This document shows positions 59,223-64,000 of a stretch of DNA of 64,000 nucleotides, one piece after another. The position numbers and the translations under genes were made by a program. Positions within the stretch are counted from its first letter, which is position 1; the number at the start of each line of letters is the position of its first letter. The notes under the pieces are model-generated. The model had not been told where the DNA came from. It searched no databases and saw only the letters and a list, made by a program, of their open reading frames with translations. Location: contig NC_086109.1 of the NCBI RefSeq assembly GCF_963921235.1, positions 28,212,001-28,276,000 of the forward strand, written 5' to 3'. The DNA is from Mobula hypostoma. Lineage: Eukaryota.

Positions 59223-59347
59223 GTAACACGTTGACATTTTATGAAGTCCAGAAACTATAAAAATGGTTTCAAGATTGATCAGTCAATAAATGGAGCAACT
59301 GTTTCACAATGGACTGTGCTAACAGCAGAGGAACCAGGTACTACCAG

Positions 59348-59645
59348 CGAGGCACGGTAGTGTGGTGGTTAGCAAAATGCTGGCTCATTTGCGGTCACTA
59401 TATTGACGGAGTTTGTATGTTCTCCCTGTAACCCTGTGTGTTTCCTCCAGGTGCTCCAGTTTCCTCCCACATTCCAAAGATGTATCAGTTGGTAGATTAA
59501 TTGGTCATTGTAAATTGTCCTGTGCTTAAGCTAGGGTTAAAATTGGTGTGTGGGTGGGGGGGGGGGTTGATGGGTGGTGTGGATCAAGGAAGGAATGCAA
59601 GGATCAAAGGGCTGGAAGTACCTATTCTCAATAAATAATAAATAA
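59348..59645 (+). mobile_element. V-SINE/HE1-like SINE
   Basis: ggagtttgtatgttctccct...gtttcctccaggtgctccagtttcctcccacattccaaaga. Confidence 0.7.
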
Positions 59646-60641
59646 AATTATTAAGCTCCAGCAATTTGAATTGGAATGGTTATTATTTAAATATTAAGAA
59701 AGAGAAATATTTGATCACAATCTAATTTCTTGTGGTTAACAAATGAGGATGGAGATAGAGTGTTAAGATTGGCCCATAGTTAATTTGCCAATGCTCAGAA
59801 ATTAAAGATTTATAACAAAACCATAAAAAGGCATAAACAATACATTCACCATAGTGGAGAAAAATATCCTGCTTTCCTGTGATGTATTTGAGATCAGACA
59901 TTACCATTAAGATGAATTCAATTAACTGTGGTTGCTCTGGAAATTCACACAGCACCAAGTGAAGACTGTAGGAAGGAACATTAAATAGCACTCACTGAAA
60001 GCAAGAAACCCTGGTTTGGCACAGTAATGCCTTCAAAAGTACCTCCATCAATGATTTGGAAAGGTATCGAGGGTAATTAAAGTATTGTACATTAGCTTGT
60101 TCTAACTTAGCACATTTATTCAATAATGAAGCAAGGATTTATAAGCCTAAGTTGTTAAAATAGGATTCTATGAATATAAAAGTTAACTATATTGATATCT
60201 GTTTATATCTGTGCAGTATCAAATAATGAGTGATGGCTTTAACGAGAATTTGAATAATGCAATGTTTAATGAATAAATCAATAGAAATTCTCTGGTGTGA
60301 AAGCAATGAAAAGATTATTATTTTCACACATGGTGACTCCGTCGTCAACCTTTGATAGTCTCCTATTAATATTCCAAACTGCAAGAACTAGCTGTGGAAA
60401 ATAACTCATAAATCCTCTGAAGAACAATAGAAAGCTGTTGTGTAGGGGTGTGGCAGTAAAGATAAGAAGGATTTTAGGAACAAAATACGCCTGTTTAGTC
60501 TGCTGTATTAGTGCCACTTGCTTTGACGTGTGCCATTGCAGTGCTTGGGAGAGAAAATAACAGTGAGGAGAGGCAAGGGAGGAAAGCAAGGATTGACAGA
60601 AAGACAGCCCAAGGGACTTTTGTTTATGTTTCAAGGTCATA

Positions 60642-61110
60642 GAGTCAAGTCAAGTCAAGTTACTTTTTATTGTCATTTCGACCATAAACTACTGGTACAG
60701 TACACAGTGAAAATGAAACAACGTTCCTCCAGGACCATGGTGCTATATGAAACAACACAAAACTACACTAGACTAAGTGAGACAACACAAGGCTACATTA
60801 GACTATGTAAGACAACGCAAAAACTACATTAGACTACAGACCTACACAGGACTACATAAAGTGCACACAACAGGGCAGTGAAATAAAAAATAATCAAGAC
60901 AATAGGCACAGCAGAGGACAAATTACAATATAATAATAAATGATGTAGATGTCAGTCTAGATTCTGGGTATTAAGGAGTCTGATGGCTTGGGGGAAGAAA
61001 CTGTTGCACAGTCCGGTCGCGAGAGCCCGAATGCTTCAGTACCTTTTGCCAGATGACAGGAGGGAGAAGAGTTTGTAAGAGGGGTGCGTGGAGTCCTTCA
61101 CAATGCTGTC
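60642..61110 (-). mobile_element. Rex1/Babar 3' fragment with (TGACT)n tail
   Basis: DSIVKDSTHPSYKLFSLLSSGKRY.SIRAL.T.LCNSFFPQAIRLL. Confidence 0.8.
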
Positions 61111-61724
61111 AAAGAGTCTTACAGCATAGAAACAAGCTCTTTGTCCCACTGAGTTTGTATCAACCACTACATACCCTTTTATACTATTCCCATTATATTC
61201 CCCCCACATTCCCATCAATTACCTACAGAATAAACCACTCGCCAATGCACTAGGGACATTTTATAGAGGCCAGTCAACCCACCAAACCTCATGTCCTTGG
61301 GACCAGGGAGGAAGCAAGACCAGCTGGGAGTAAATCCAGGTAGATGCAGGAAGATGTGCAAATTACATTGAAGGTGAGCATCAAACCCAGGTTGCTGGAG
61401 TTTTGGGAAAGGGATTTTACTAATTGGACCACCATGCTGCCTGTGTCCATATCTTCTTACCCCATTCCAGATGCTGCTACCCAAGCAGATGTTTTGGATA
61501 CAACTCACCCACTCACCCCATAAACACATTTCCTATGCCACCAAGTTGCAGGCTCAGTGAGCCCACCTCGCCTCAAAATATATAAAAATGGAACAAATCA
61601 TCCTTGGCTCTGAAGGTATCTACATGGTGGGATACTGGTGTTGGATAGATGGGCACAATAGGCAAGAGGTTCAACTAAAAACATTACTAATAACATCTTT
61701 TCTGAAGCAAATTGTGGTGAGCAA

Positions 61725-62195
61725 ACACTGCAGGTGGAGGTGAGGCTGGTTTGGCGGATCAGCTGTGCGAAGGTATTGTGAGAAGCAATGTGTTCGAGCT
61801 GGGGTCGCACAAGGAGTTCATATCGCTGTTGCTGTGGAATGAGTGACTTGGAGAAGAGTCGATGCAGAAGAGTTTTGATGCCCGTCCACTTAACCTGGGT
61901 GTGAGGTTGGATCGATACAGGCGCTGAGCCGATTTGGTTAGATCGAGAATGGCTCTGGGCTGTGCGGTCCAAGCATACTGTGGCACCTCGATCTGGGTCC
62001 TAGAGCGAGGCACCACCTGGTGCTTGGACAATTTAAACACAGGCAAAGATAGACTGGAAGCCTGACTGTCGGGAATGGAGGTGAGGGTCGGGCTGATTTC
62101 CTTTGCTCTTCCACCAATTTTCACTCTTACTTTGCGGCTCTGGGGCTTTGAACTGATCTGATCTGCCTGCTGTGCATTTTTGTCCTGCTGGTGTG
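61725..62195 (+). mobile_element. Non-autonomous retroelement fragment related to 14855-15715
   Basis: Shared sequence blocks with 14855-15715. Confidence 0.45.
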
Positions 62196-62199
62196 ATGA

Positions 62200-62396
62200 G
62201 CTGGGATCAAGGCTCATTGGGTGGTAGGTAAAGACAAGGGGAACTCTATCCCTATTATGGCAGAAGGAAGATAGGATGAAGGTGGAAGTCCGGGAAATGG
62301 GTATGACACCAATGAGGGCAGCATGGATGGTAGAGGAAGGGAAACCCCTTTCTTTGAAGAAGGAGGACATCTCAGATTTAATACATTGTGTTATCA
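62200..62396 (-). mobile_element. Diverged PLE ORF fragment
   Basis: SEMSSFFKERGFPSSTIHAAL...NRDRVPLVFTYHP, homologous to 54350-54510. Confidence 0.8.
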
Positions 62397-63074
62397 CGTG
62401 CACTGAAGTGAGATTCTGGGAGCTAGTTTCATTAAAATTGAGATCAAACCATATATGACGCTGCAAATGTTGCATCAATTACAACAGAAGAAACATTTGT
62501 AATCTCATAGCTTATTATCATAAATGAAACGTTAGTGCATCTAGATCTAGGGGTAACAGTCTCTAAATAAAGGGATGTCTATTTGGGCAGATGAGAAGGG
62601 TAGTGAATCTCCAGAGGGCAGTGAATCCTTAGAATTCTCTATCCAGGAGAGCAATGATGCTCAGTTGCAGAGTATATTGAAAACAGAGATTGATAGATTT
62701 CTAGTCTTGGTAGAACCAAGGGTCAATGGCTTAGTACAGGAAAGTGACATTGAAGCAATTGATCAGCCATGAATCAGTGGTCCACTTTTTTTTTACATTT
62801 TTATTGCACAGAATGAATAATCACTTAGAAATGCAATATTATTTATGGATTTTCAGGAGCTATTTACAGCCTAAATAGTCTTTGAGGAAATAATCAATTG
62901 CATTTCTAACACTTAAAGAGTCAGTGTAAATCACTGACAAAGTATTTCAGGATGGGTTAGGAGCTGGGCTTCACCATCCAGCATGCAAAATATGAAAACT
63001 CTACAGGAATAACTGTTCTACATGAACATCTCAATACTCCTGCAATATCTCTGGCGATGCTGCTATTTAAATAT

Positions 63075-63906
63075 TCAAATGCTTCAATTTGTTCTGCTTA
63101 TTATCAGAGACTGTATACAGTATGCAACCTGAAGCACTTGCCGTCGCAGACATCCATGAGAAACAGAACCCAAAAGAATGAACAAGAGAAAAGCATTAGC
63201 ACCCCAAAGCCCCCTTTCCCCTTCTCCCGCGCAAGCAGCAGCAACATCAATGCATCAACTCTCCCCCTGCCCATTTCAGCAAAAGCCTCAGTGCCCACCA
63301 CCCACAACAGCAAAGCCCCCAGAGAGACCATCATCTGCAGTCAGCAGAAACTATTGTTTACCCAACAGTTTGACATGCCACGAGCTCTCTCTTTCACTAA
63401 CAAGGGACAGAGAGTTATCGCCCATTTTCACAGTGAAAGGCCTTCTCTGTTACAATATTGCAGTCTGCCATGTCGCTTTTTATTCTGAGATTCTCCAACT
63501 CGAAAATTGGCAGCAAACTCTCCCCACATCGAGAGAGAGAGAGAGAGAGAAAAAGAGAAAGCAATCACTCGACCGCTGAGACCTTTGTCCACATCATCTG
63601 CTGCCATGAAATCCCAATGTTTCATCTCCCGTGACAACTCAGTTGTCAACACCAGCCTGGAATTGGTCATCTTAGAGCCACACCCTGGAGGCGCCATCTT
63701 CCAAGTCACGCCTGGAGAATATGGAGAATATCAGAACACGGTCGACCGGCGAGCTCCTTAAAAAAACGCCACTTAAGTGCCACTTGCAGAACAGAACCTC
63801 AGTAGAACCCCAATCACCTTGAAAAGGAAAAGCAGGGGCATTAAAGAGAGTAACTTAAGCTGCTTCTGCAGATGAGCTCGAAGAGGCAGCCACTTGACAC
63901 CATCTT
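63075..63906 (-). mobile_element. Non-autonomous retroelement (AAGATGG 5' end), same family as 24679-25428
   Basis: Colinear similarity, including cagacatccatga, tttgacat..cac..gctct.tct.tt.actaa and the terminal ccatctt. Confidence 0.7.
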
Positions 63907-64000
63907 CATAGTTCGAAGTTCAAAATAAAATTTATTATTAGTCTACATACTTGTTACCATATACCACCCTGAGATTCTTTTTCTGAGGGCATACTTAGCA

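Noticed and set aside
61759..62478. 239-aa ORF as a host gene
   Set aside because: It is a chimera of unique DNA, a PLE fragment and the antisense of another repeat.

Overview
Eukaryotic, repeat-dense genomic DNA, either intergenic or deep intronic. The repeat complement points to a cartilaginous fish, probably a batoid (inference): HER1/CR1-type LINEs with (TTCTATG)n tails, V-SINE-like and Deu-domain SINEs, Rex1/Babar fragments, and Penelope-like elements (PLEs). I recognise no host protein-coding gene; every long ORF is transposon-derived. Contents: two 2.3-2.5 kb CR1 copies and many CR1 fragments; an L2; an L1 3' fragment; GIY-YIG PLEs carrying minimal hammerhead ribozymes; RTE-derived SINEs with an HDV-like 5' fold; three solo LTRs with clean TSDs; a Gypsy integrase/PPT remnant; an IR/DR-type Tc1; an internally deleted hAT; and two MITEs. 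The most unusual structure is a 23-copy, 44-bp minisatellite (54591-55612) made from PLE ORF sequence, lying exactly at the 5'-truncation junction inside an 11-bp TSD. All family names come from motif recognition, not database searches, and many boundaries are approximate.
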